A DNA stretch of 64,000 nucleotides, from NCBI RefSeq assembly GCF_963506605.1, contig NC_083291.1:21142001-21206000 (forward strand), read 5' to 3'. Below are positions 37,023 through 49,000 of this stretch, piece by piece. A model generated the notes under the pieces. The model was not told the DNA's origin and ran no database searches. It saw only the letters and a program-made list of their open reading frames with translations. Both the position numbers and the translations under genes were made by a program. Each line of letters begins with the position of its first letter. Position 1 is the stretch's first letter. Origin of the DNA: Zootoca vivipara (taxonomy: Eukaryota).

Positions 37023-40000
37023 ATGAGAAGGTACAGCAGTTGGAAACACCGGATGGCCTCATCTGTGGTAGCTTTAAGACCATGGAGTGCCCCATCCAAG
37101 GAAGCTTGCTTGAACACAGGGTTGTGTATATTTAGATGGGCAGTTAGAAAAACAAACTTGCATTTTCCTACAATCTTCCTTAGATACAGTTTTTAAAATT
37201 CCGATTGCCTTTTTATATTGATTGTTATACTGGTTGAGTGTTACTTTTGCGTTTTTCATGTGGTTATTGTTTGTTGCCTTAAATGTGTATGCATAATTGT
37301 GAGGGACAGGGGATATCGCGAAGTCCCTCCCCTCCTGAGTTCAAGCCAATCACCGAGCACAGGGGAAAGCAGAGAGAGTTCCGATTCCAGTAGGGAAGCA
37401 GGAAGTCGGGTCCGAGGCTCAGGCAAGGTAGAGGAGCCAGGGTCCCAGGCGGGACAGGAAGGGGCGAATAAGGGAGGGAGACCCATCCCCCCAACGCCAG
37501 AACTACGCAGAAAGAGGAGGGGAAAGAGGATGGGTCTGCCAAAGCTTTTGTGTTGGAGAAAGACGCGCCAAAAGCCATTAGGAGGTTCTGAAACCGACTG
37601 ATCACATCACTCCGTGTAAATAGCATGACTTCAGCACTGTAAATACGCAGCACCAATAAAAGAATAAAATGCAGAGCTGCGTAGCGTCGTTACTCTGAAG
37701 TAGTCCCCTCCGGCCACTGTGACAGCAACCTCCTAATCCTTTTTGGGCTACTTTGGAGTTGCCGGGATGAGCGTGTCAGAGGCGGAGAAATGGCGGCAGA
37801 TCGCGGAGCAAGCCCAGCAAGAACTGCAGCAGCTGTCGCTGCAGGCGCAGGGGGAATTGAAGGCAGCTAAAGAAGAGACTAGGAAGGTCCAGGACGACCG
37901 GCTACAACTGGCGGAACAGGTGAGAGCGCTACAGGAAAGAGAGCAGGAATTAAGGGCGGTGGCGGTAGACCTCCAAAACAAGCTGGATGCAGAGAAAAAC
38001 AAGGCGGGAGGGGCACCCCAAGTCCAAGTGCTGCCAGGAAGGAGAGCCGGGACGCTAGTAAGCAAGTTCAATGGAGACCCGAGGGAATATCAGGGCTTTG
38101 AGACTGAGATTGTGTATGCTCTTGAGCTGCACCACGCTGAGTTCCCTGATGATGAGCACAGGGTAGCGTTTATTGTGGAGCACCTTACCGGGGCAGCCAG
38201 GGAGTGGCTAAGACCGTTAATCGCAACAAAGAATCCTTGCATGAAGAATGTCAAACTATTTCTAGAAGGTTTGAAAACGATCTATTCGTCCGATAGTCAT
38301 ATGGACCAGACTAAGGAGGAACTTCATAATTTACGCCAAGGAAATATGACAGTTCGCGCGTATTGGGCGAAATTCACCATGCTGGTGCACAGATTGGGGT
38401 GGGAACTCGAGTCACCCCCAATGCAAGCGGCGTTCTACTTGGGGTTGCATGAGGAGGTGAAGGATGAGCTCTCGAGAGGTCCAAAGCCCAGTAATATGGA
38501 TCAGCTGAGCAAAGCGGCTCTGGCGGTGGGGGTGAGACAGGAATCCCGGTGGAGCGACAAGCAAGCAACGCGCGCAAAGCGGGCTTGGTTCCCACGGTCG
38601 CAGGAAAAGCCACTCCCCCAACAACCCTTTCAAGCCACGCCTGGGGCCAGTCAGGACCAGGAACCCATGCAGATTGATAGCGCGCGCGCGCGCGGGCTTT
38701 TCAAACCCCAGCGGCGCCAAGACGCAAGGAGGGAAGGGGTGGGAATTGCTTTCTCTGCAACTCCCCCCAGCATCTCGTCAGAGACTGCCCACATCGCAGG
38801 GAGTGGCAAGGAAAGGCGGGAACGGTTGTGCCCTCCCCCACTGACGCAGCACCACAGCAGGGAAACGGGAAAGCCTGGCTGCAGGAGACAAGGGGCAGCA
38901 GCCAGGCACAGTCAGCAGACAACAGCCCCAGCCCACCCACCCGCACAGAGAGGAGCAGAGCCAGCCCACCCCTCCCAGAGCAGGAGTGGTTCTAGAAGTG
39001 ACGCTCACGCTCCCAAATGGCTATCCCCTGACGGTCCTCGCCCTAATTGACAGTGGTGCCTCAGCCAACTTCTTCTCGAGAAACTTTGCAGAAGAGCACC
39101 AGATCCAGCTTCTGCAGCTGGATTTTCCCCTGCACGTGGCAACCATTGACGGCAGAGAGCTGCTGGGAGGGGCCATCACTCATCAAACCCCCCCCCCATG
39201 AGAATGACGGTGGGAAGGCACTCAGAGACACTGGCATTCAACGTCACAACCATCTCAGACCCCCCCATCGTCTTGGGCATGAGCTGGCTGGCGCGCCACG
39301 ACCCCTCCATCAGTTGGCACCAGAGATGCATCACTTTTGGATCGGACTTTTGCCTGGAACATTGCATGCAGCACCAACCAGGGGAGGGGCCTCCGATAGC
39401 CACGGTGGCCACCATGCACATCAAAGGGGGTGAGGCGATACCCAAGCCGTACTGGGACCTGCAGGAGGTCTTCAGCGAAGCGGAGTCCGACCACCTACCC
39501 CCACACAGGCCTTTTGACTGCCAGATCAACCTGGTGCCAGGGGCAACTATACCCCCAGCCAAGCTGTACGCCATGTCAGACCAGGAACTGGAGGATCTGC
39601 GCGCTTTCATCGACAAGAACCTCAAGCGGGGGTTCATCAGAGAAAGCAAGGCAGCAGGGGGCAGCCCAGTCTTCTGGGTGGACAAGAAAGACACGCAACA
39701 GCGCCGTCTTGTGGTGGATTTTAGACGGCTGAATTCAGTAACAGAGCCAGTGGCTTTCCCCATGCCCAGAGTGGATGATCTCCTGACAGCGGCACGCAGG
39801 GGCAAGATTTTCACCAAGCTAGACCTGAGGGGGGCGTACAACTTGATCAGGATCCGGGAAGGCGATGAATGGAAAACCACGATGTTCACGCCTCTGGGCT
39901 CTTTTGAATATCTGGTGATGCCCTTCGGGTTGCAAGGGGGCTCAGCATGCTTCCAGGCCTTCATGCACCACGTCCTGGGGTCCCTCCTCTTCAGGAAATG

Positions 40001-43000
40001 CTTGGTCTTCCTGGATGACATCCTTATCTACTCCGATGACCCAGTGCAGCATGTGAAGGATGTCAGGGAGGTGTTGCAGCGCCTGAAGGAGAACCACCTG
40101 TATGTGAAGCTGGAGAAGTGCAAGTTTCACACCAAGGAGGTGGACTTCCTAGGCTACAAGCTGTCAGACAAGGGGCTGGCGATGGACAAGGACAAGGTGC
40201 AGGCCATCCTGGACTGGCACAGCCCCAGGACGCGCAAAGATGCCCAACGCCTACTAGGCTTCGCCAACTTCTACAGGAAGTTCATCAAGAACTTCTCTCG
40301 CGTTACGGCTCCCATCACTGACTGCCTGAGAGGCAAGCAGAAGTTCAGGTGGACACCAGAGGCGCAAGCAGCGTTTGAAAGCCTCAAGAGGGTGTTCGCC
40401 TCAGACCAGAACCTGTTCCACGTGGTTCAGGACGCGCCCCTACGCGTGGAGACAGATGCTTCTGATAAAGCTGTGGGCGCCATTTTGTTGCAACTGGACG
40501 CCAACAGAGAGTGGAGACCCTGTGCCTTCTTCTCCAGGAAGTTGACCCAGCCAGAGCGAAACTACACGGTGTTTGATCGGGAACTTCTTGCGATCCACGC
40601 TGCGTTCCAGCACTGGAGACACTTCCTGGTGGGCGCCAAGCACCCCATCCAGGTGTGCACAGACCACAAGAACCTGGAGTTCTGGAGAACTGCCAGGGTG
40701 CTCAACCAGCGGCAGATACGGTGGGCAGAGTTCTTCTCGAACTTCAACTTCTCCATACACTACATCCCGGGAGAGCAGAATGTCAGGGCGGATGCCCTCT
40801 CCCGCAAGCCAGAGTACATGGAGGAGGAGGCGCCACCGGCACCCAGGCACATCTTCCCCCCGTCAGCTTGGTCCTGCGGAGCAGCAGTGGTAAGCGAGGC
40901 AGAACTCACAGCACTGACAGCAGCGGATGAATTTGCCAACCGCATCTTCAGAGAACTGAGAGGGGGGGGGAGCAGGCAAACGACTTTGCAGAACGCAGGG
41001 GACTGCTTTTCTACAAGGGTGCACTGTACCTGCCCACCACCCAGCTCAGACGTACGGTCCTCAAGCAGATGCACGACAACCCAACGGCGGGTCATTTTGG
41101 GAGGGATAAAACCACTCACCTAGTCATGAGACACTTCTGGTGGCCAGGGGTGCGGGAGGATGTGAGGGATTATGTAAGGGGCTGTGACACCTGCCAGCGG
41201 GCAAAGGTGGTCAGAGCGCCACCAGCAGGTTTGCTGGAGCCCTTAGCCACACCGCACAGGCCGTGGGAAGTAGTGTCCATGGACTTCATCACAGACCTGC
41301 CGTCGTCCAGGGGCAAGACCGCAGTGTTGGTGGTGGTGGACCTCATGTCCAAAATGTGCCACTTTATACCGTGTGCCAGGGCGGTCTCTGCAGAAGAGAC
41401 AGCCAAACTGTTTGTGGATCACGTATTCAGACTGCATGGATTACCTTTAAGGGTTATTTCGGATCGTGGCCGCCAATTTGTTTCCAGGTTCTGGCGGCGG
41501 CTCATGAACCTCCTGCAGGTGGAGGTCAGCTTGTCGACGGCTAGACACCCGCAGACCAATGGACAGGCGGAGAGGGTCAACGCCATTCTGCAGCAGTACC
41601 TGAGATGCTACGTCAGCCAGCGGCAAACGGACTGGGTGGATCGCCTGCCACTGGCAGAATTTGCCTACAACAATGCGGTGCACGTCTCCACAGGGGTGTC
41701 GCCCTTTAAGGCCAATTACGGGCGCGACCTCAGATCTTTCCCAGAGAGGGAGGGGGAGGAGGAGGAGGAGGGCCCACAGGCTGAGGATTGGGCAGAGGAA
41801 CTGGAGACGGTGCACCAGCAGCTCAGAGAACACTTGGAGAGAGCCAAGGAAGCGTACAAGAAGGGGGCAGATCGCCACAGGCGACCGGGGGAGGTCATTA
41901 GGGTGGGGGACAAAGTGTGGTTGTCCTCGGAGGGCCTTCCCATCAGAGGGCGATGCAAAAAGCTGGCGCCCAGAAGGTTGGGCCCCTTCACGGTCACGCA
42001 ACAGGTCAACCCGGTGGCATACAGGCTGGCACTGCCAGAGGACATGAGGGTGCACCCTGTGTTTCATAGATCGCTGCTGTCGCCGTACAGGGAAAGCAGC
42101 AGGCTCCGAGACAGCGAACAAACCCCTGAGGGAGGGGGGGGAGAGGGAAGGCAGGGAGCAACTCAATGAGGCCACGGCCATCCTGGATTCAAGGTGGGGG
42201 GTGGGGGGACTGGAGTACCTCATGGCATGGGAGGATGCTCCACCGTCCCAGAATGAATGGGTCCCAGCCACTCAGATACAGGAGGAATTCCTGGTAGAAG
42301 AATTTCACGCCCTCTTTCCCCATAGACCCAAGCCCTGGCACATGGAAAGGGAGGGGGAGGGGGAGGAAGCACGGGAGAGCAGTTCACCATGGCGCTGGGA
42401 AGCGGAGTTTGAGGAACCAGAGGATGAGGTATGGGTGTCACCGAGATCCACCCAGTCAGAGGAAGGAGCAGATTGGCAGAACATTTTTACCCCCACCAGC
42501 TCTGACGCCACGGACTTTTTGGGATTCCCATCCTCCCAGGCGGAAGGGGGGGGCTTGCAGGACTGGGGGGAGGTGTTCACACCAACGGGCTCGGAAAGCA
42601 CTGAGTTCTTAGGCTTCCAGTCGTCACCGACACCTGGGGGGGACCTGGGGAGGGGTGAAGGAGAGCTTGGGAGGGGGGTGGATGTGAGGGACAGGGGATA
42701 TCGCGAAGTCCCTCCCCTCCTGAGTTCAAGCCAATCACCGAGCACAGGGGAAAGCAGAGAGAGTTCCGATTCCAGTAGGGAAGCAGGAAGTCGGGTCCGA
42801 GGCTCAGGCAAGGTAGAGGAGCCAGGGTCCCAGGCGGGACAGGAAGGGGCGAATAAGGGAGGGAGACCCATCCCCCCAACGCCAGAACTACGCAGAAAGA
42901 GGAGGGGAAAGAGGATGGGTCTGCCAAAGCTTTTGTGTTGGAGAAAGACGCGCCAAAAGCCATTAGGAGGTTCTGAAACCGACTGATCACATCACTCCGT

Positions 43001-46000
43001 GTAAATAGCATGACTTCAGCACTGTAAATACGCAGCACCAATAAAAGAATAAAATGCAGAGCTGCGTAGCGTCGTTACTCTGAAGTAGTCCCCTCCGGCC
43101 ACTGTGACAATAATCCTTTGTTTAGCAATTTACTTAACATCTGTTTATATGCAAAAGAATATGCTCCTACAACATCTTGCCGCCGATGTGTGCTCAGGAA
43201 TAAAAAAAAATGCTTGATGAAAGGAGCTTGGACTTCTAGAATCGTGTGATGATTTGCTTGCATATTGTTTTGTTAGAAAGAAGGGTGTTCATACAGCTTC
43301 CTGTTGGCATGTATCACCTGCTTGTGGTTTTCAAATTTACTGTATGTTAATTTAAGAACCCTTCATGCTTTGGAAGAATTGTTTTGATCTGCGTCTAGCC
43401 ATCTGACCCAAAGTGTTCATGCAAACTGGTTCACACTGTAATTCGGAACAAGGTATCCCTTCACTTACTTAGTTATTTTTGCTCTGTCCAGGAGGATCTT
43501 GGCCTTCAAGAAGCCACATATGAGCTGAGCTACAATGCTGCTTGTTCTTTGGTTGGGCAGGCCAGGCTGAACGAGGCAATGAAAAGCCTACAAAAAGCAG
43601 AAGGTAATGAATGATAAGTTTAATTTGTCCTTTCCTTGTAACCTGTTGTCCTGCTTTTGTGGAAAGCCGTCACAAGGTCTAAAACCTTTAATAAATGAAA
43701 TTGAGAAAATAGATATGGGGATTATTGTGTCCCTAAATTTATTCTCTGCATCTGCAAATGTATTTCAAGAATGCCTTTACAGCCACCAGTAACCCGTCAT
43801 TCCTATAGACTGCACAGGATTTCCTCCCTGCACTAATTTGCATTCATTTTGGTAAGCAAAATCAAGTTTCGAATAGCTAAATCCGCCCCCCGCCCCCGTA
43901 GCAACCTGGAAAAGCAAGCAAAGACCAAGCAAAATAGAACTGAAGGGAGATTCGGGGAGAATTCAAGATGGTTAAATTGATAGTACAGTGGTACCTCAGG
44001 TTACAAACACTTCGGGTTACAGACTCTGTTAACCCGGCAGTAGTACCTCGGGTTAAGAACTTTGCCCCAGGATGAGAACAAATCATGCGGCAGCAGTGGG
44101 AGGCCGCATTAGCTAAAGTGGTACCTCAGGTTAAGAACGGTTTCAGGTTAAGAACGGACCTCTGGAACGAATGAAGTTTGTAACCAGAGGTACCACTGTA
44201 CGACTAAGAAATCCATAATTGTATCATGTATCGACATGCAGTTGGAAATTTAGGATCTAGTATAAGATTAGGGCAGATTAGGAATTAAGGTATGTGGAGA
44301 ATGATTATAGGATGCTGTCAAATATAGAGAAATATCAGCATCCTTGCACTTCTGTGATGCGAATGAAGTTTCTATAGGCAGGTGTTAATCAGTGGTGGAA
44401 CTGTGATTGGTGGCTCATATCTATGGCAAAATGTGTGCTACCTCCACTGTCAGAGGCAGTGTGACTCTGAATGCCAGTTTTTGGGCAGCACGCGTGGGAA
44501 GAGTGCTGCTGCACTTCTGCCTATAGGCTTCCTGTATGCATCTGGTTCACCACACTGAGAACAAGGTACGTCCTGGAATGGATGGGCCTTCGGTCTGATC
44601 CAGCAGGGCTCTTCTTATGTCCAAAATTAATGTGTCACACTTTCCTTGTAGATCTGTGTCGCCAGTCTCTCTCAGAAGATTCGGTGAGTCACTATTGTTA
44701 CACCCGAGAATACTTTTTCCGCTAGGCAGGTTTTAATATTCTCAGTATGTGTGCATGTAAGCTAATTGCATAAATCTGCTTGGCTATGTGTTACCTGTCT
44801 GCTTTCCTTCGTAACACTGGATCCATCAGCACTTTTCTTTTTACTTCTTTGCCTTTAAATAGCAGTGTGCCTCTTCCACATGAATGGCTTCACTGAGAAG
44901 TGTTAACAGTGTAGAATCAAACTTTGCGAATTCTGTGGCAAGGGCCGTTGCTGGTATTAACAATTTAAATATCCAGAGCTTCCCTTATCCGCTGAAGCCA
45001 TTTTAAAAAGTATTCTTAGTGAACACAATACAGTGGTACCTCGGTTTATGAACATAATTGGTTCCGGAAGTCTGTTCATAAACTGAAGCGTTCATAAACT
45101 GAAGCAAACTTTCCCATTGAAAGTAATGGAAAGTGAATTAATCCGTTCCAGACGGTCCACGGAGTAAGCGTTCATAAACTGAAGCAAACTTTCCCATTGA
45201 AAGTAATGGAAAGTGGATTCATCCGTTCCAGACGGGTCCGCAGAGTACTTAAACTGAAGCGTTCATAAACTGAAGCATGGGTGTAATTGGTTCCGGAAGT
45301 CTGTTCATAAACTGAAGCGTTCATAAACTGAAGCAAACTTTCCCATTGAAAGTAATGGAAAATGAATTAATCCGTTCCAGATGGGTCCGCGGTGTTCATA
45401 AACCGAAAATTCATAAACCGAGGTGTTCATAAACCGAGGTTCCACTGTAATGGCAAAGTGAGGCAGTTTTATGTCCCGTTGATTTCAATGGATGAGATTT
45501 GCATGCTTGTGTGACTCACTCAACGAGAGAAATGGTACCAGGAGTGCAATCCAATGCTTATTTTCTCTATTCAATGAGGCTTACTCTCTAGCTGTGTTAC
45601 TAGTAAGTTTGCTAGTTACCAATAGATTTATTTGCAGGTTTAGGTGATACTAAATTCCAACTTGCACGAATTGGATTTACGTTTTCTCTCCCCTTGCCCT
45701 CCTTGACAGCCCCATGAATACTTCCCCAAAAAATCTGCTCTGGAGGGTTGAGGTCCACTGACTTGATATTGGATTCCACCCATTGATTTGTGGATATTAT
45801 ATAACTGCATACCTACCAAGTTCCTGTAGGAGAAATAAGGGACCGGACTGGAAGTAGCAGACCGGAAGTAGCGCTGCCGCCATTTTGGAACTGGGCGGAG
45901 CATGCTCAAAAGCGACTTTTGATGCTGTTTTGCCCAGTTCCAAAATGGCCGCCGCGCCAGAAGTCGCACTGCAGCCATTTTGGAACTGGGCAGAGCTGCA

Positions 46001-49000
46001 TCGCATCAAAAGTCGCTTCTGAGCATGCTCCGCCCAGTTCCAAAATGGCCGCCACGCCAGAATAAACCAGGGAAAAACAAAAAACTCCGTTTTTTCAGCT
46101 GAGAACAGCTGGAAAAACGGGGGTTTCCCGGGGAATACGGGAGACTTGGCAGCTATGTATAACTGGTGCAAGGTTTCAAGGTTGTGCGTTAACTTCTTTT
46201 TTTACTGTTTCCTTTTAGGATGTTACCGAAGAAGACATTGAGGCTGAACTGGCTATTATTCATGGTCAGATGGCTTATATCTTGCAGTTGCAAGGTCACA
46301 CAGAGGAAGCCCTGCAGCTTTACAATCAGATAATCAAACTGAAGTAAGTGACTTTTGTAAAATGGTGGCATTAGTGGACTTGGCATCTTTTTAAAAAAAG
46401 ACGACATATTTACAAATGCACATATGCCCTGTTCTCTGCAGGCCAACAGACGTCGGGTTGCTTGCTGTCATCGCCAACAACATAATTACCATTAACAAGG
46501 TATGGCATTATCTACCTAGTAATTCCTCAAGCATGATTTGCAGAAGAAATCACACAAAAGGAGTGTGATGTGTCTTAATTGCAGCCTGGGAAACATCATG
46601 TTCCTATTGATTGTGTGACGGATCTTGGGATGCTGTCTTTCACAGGACCAAAATGTCTTTGACTCAAAGAAAAAGGTGAAACTGACCAACGCTGAGGGTG
46701 TTGAACATAAACTCTCGAAGAAACAGCTCCAAGCAATAGAATTCAATAAGGCTCTGCTGGCCATGTACACCAACCAGGTAATGTTACGTAACTTTAATTG
46801 CCTTGAGGAATGGTCTGTTCCCAAGGAGGGCAGGGAGCACCTTGGTTTGTTGGCTTACACTTCCAAATCCTGCCTTCTCTCTGTAGAATCAGCACTCCTA
46901 ACTAGCTAATCTTTTTCTCTTGTTCCCTAGGCAGATCAATGTCGCAAGCTGGCATCAAGTTTACAGTCACAGAGCCCCGAACATCTCCTCCCTGTGCTAA
47001 TCCAGGCAGCACAGTTGTGTCGAGAGAAACAGCATACCAAGGCAATAGAGCTGCTACAGGTAGGCTGTGGTTTGCTGCTTGAGAAAATAAACAGAGGTGA
47101 CAAAGCTCTGAATCACTGTTCATCTAGAGGAGGTTGAGGAGGAAGGGAATCCATGAACATGCTGGGCACTGGGAGTCATAGTTAGATTAGGCAGCGTTAT
47201 TTTTGCACCAGCCCAAGCATTCAGTGAAACTATGGATTAGCTTGTTGAGCTAAGCCTTTTCCCTAAGAAGTTATGTATGGGAATACACTAGTGAGATCTG
47301 CTTGTCTGAGATCTGCAAGCAGTGAGAGATTGGAGAGACAAGAGTGTGTCGTAAGTGTGTCTTGGTATAGGTGCAGTACATAAATGTGCCTGGCTGAAAA
47401 CTATTGTTCTAAGCTCTACTGCAGATCATAGTTTACACTTAAGCATATTTTAGGTAATGGCATAGCAAATGGGACCCTTCCTTAACATATTGCTGTGTAT
47501 CTCTGTCACCTAATAGAAGCGCTTCTGTTCAAGGGACTCAAGAGTTTGTTGCAGGAGAGTCAAGAGAAATGAGACTCCACAGTGCAATTGCTATTCATTG
47601 CAAAGTGCCTGTTCTGGAAATTCTGAAGCTGATTCTGTTTCAAAGCCTCCTGATTTGTGTTTCCATTTCTGACCTGTAGGAGTTTGCCGATCAGCACCCT
47701 GAGAAAGCAGCAGAGATTAAGCTGACGATGGCACAGTTGAAAGTTGCTCAAGGTACCGTAGCCTCACTTCCTTTGGAAAGAAGCTTCCTGAGCATTCAGC
47801 TACAGTTTCATACTGTTTCCACATACTACAGTGACCACTCATTCTTAGCTCATTTTTTTCTCAAAGGGAGGCTGCCTTCTGGGGAGCTTGGGTTAAAGGC
47901 AGGAAGGGGCAATACCTGAAGTCTTCACCATCTAGAAAGTTTGCAAGTTGAACAAATTTGTATNNNNNNNNNNNNNNNNNNNNNNNNNNNNNNNNNNNNN
48001 NNNNNNNNNNNNNNNNNNNNNNNNNNNNNNNNNNNNNNNNNNNNNNNNNNNNNNNNNNNNNNNNNNNNNNNNNNNNNNNNNNNNNNNNNNNNNNNNNATT
48101 CAAGTTTTACTAATTATGGAGTGGGATAAGGGAAAAAATATGGAGCCCTGAACCCTCTCAGCTGTGACCAGTGAGATTCTTATTTAAACACCCCTTTGGC
48201 TTTTGATACTTCAGTTATTGCCCACATGCTTTCACACATATTTTTTGCAGTCATAAGGGCTAGTAACTTTCGCTATTTAAAAGGCTGAGTTTCTCATGAA
48301 GCTGGCTTCTGCAGAATCGTGGCAAGCATGCAACCCTGTTTGATGGTTTCTATAATCACTCCTTTTTATCTGTCTAATAAAAAGAGAGTTGCCTGATGGG
48401 AGAACTGATGTCCTAGCACAGAGGACTGGAGACAATTGCCAATAACCACACTTCTTGTTCTCTCTCTCCCTCCCTCCCTCCCCCCCTCTCTCTCAAAGGC
48501 AGTGTCACGAAAGCATGTATCATCCTGAGGTCTATAGAAGAGTTAAGGCACAAACCAGGCATGGTAGGTTGCAGCTAAACACATGCAGAGCTTTATGCAT
48601 CCTATTGACACCCCCCCCCATGTCATTCTTCTCCTAGCATGCCATTCTGACCTTAGCTTGGGTGGTTAGACTTCTTCTTTTTGACATCTGTCTATGTCAA
48701 GAGACAATGGAGCTTTCGGGGGGAGTCAAACCACTCTGTTAGCAGCACTGAAGTGACCTCCCCAGGGCACAAGCCAGGGCAGTGTTTTTGGAGGTCCTGG
48801 GCTGCCCAGATTAGAAGTCACCACTCTCAACCTCGCTGGTGTGGTCCAAAGGAAAGCAGAGCAATATGTTTGGCGCCAGTTTGGCTACAGGAGTTGCTGG
48901 AAGGAGGTATACAAGGCACCATTGCCAGTGTGGTGTAGTGGTTAAGAGCGGTAGACTTGTAATCTGGTGAACCGGGTTCGCAGCTCCGCTCCTCCACATG

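Larger units (their letters stand above)
37298..43109 (+). mobile_element. Full-length Gypsy LTR retrotransposon, Tf1/sushi chromovirus group, in SRP72 intron 4
   Basis: LTRs 37298-37724 and 42683-43109 (427 bp, TG..CA, identical by eye), 5-bp TSD ATAAT (37293-37297, 43110-43114), PPT 42669-42682, order gag-PR-RT-RH-IN-chromodomain. Confidence 0.97.

Noticed and set aside
37218-37601. 127-aa ORF at the 5' LTR as an independent gene
   Set aside because: It is the LTR-encoded Pol tail joined by chance to flanking intron; no ATG start and it lies upstream of the predicted TSS.
37725-37745. Conventional tRNA primer-binding site
   Set aside because: Lacks the TGG complementary to tRNA CCA; better explained by self-priming.
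38694-39050. C-terminal part of the 435-aa gag ORF as listed in the ORF track
   Set aside because: Wrong frame after the (CG)n run; the CCHC knuckle and correctly phased slippery site are in another frame.
42201-42986. 261-aa ORF as an env-like third gene
   Set aside because: No signal peptide or TM segment; it starts inside the chromodomain and is the Pol continuation after a homopolymer frame break.
47964-48097. Missing SRP72 exon in the N gap
   Set aside because: Exons 11 and 12 join in frame with the expected sequence (AQG SVTKAC).
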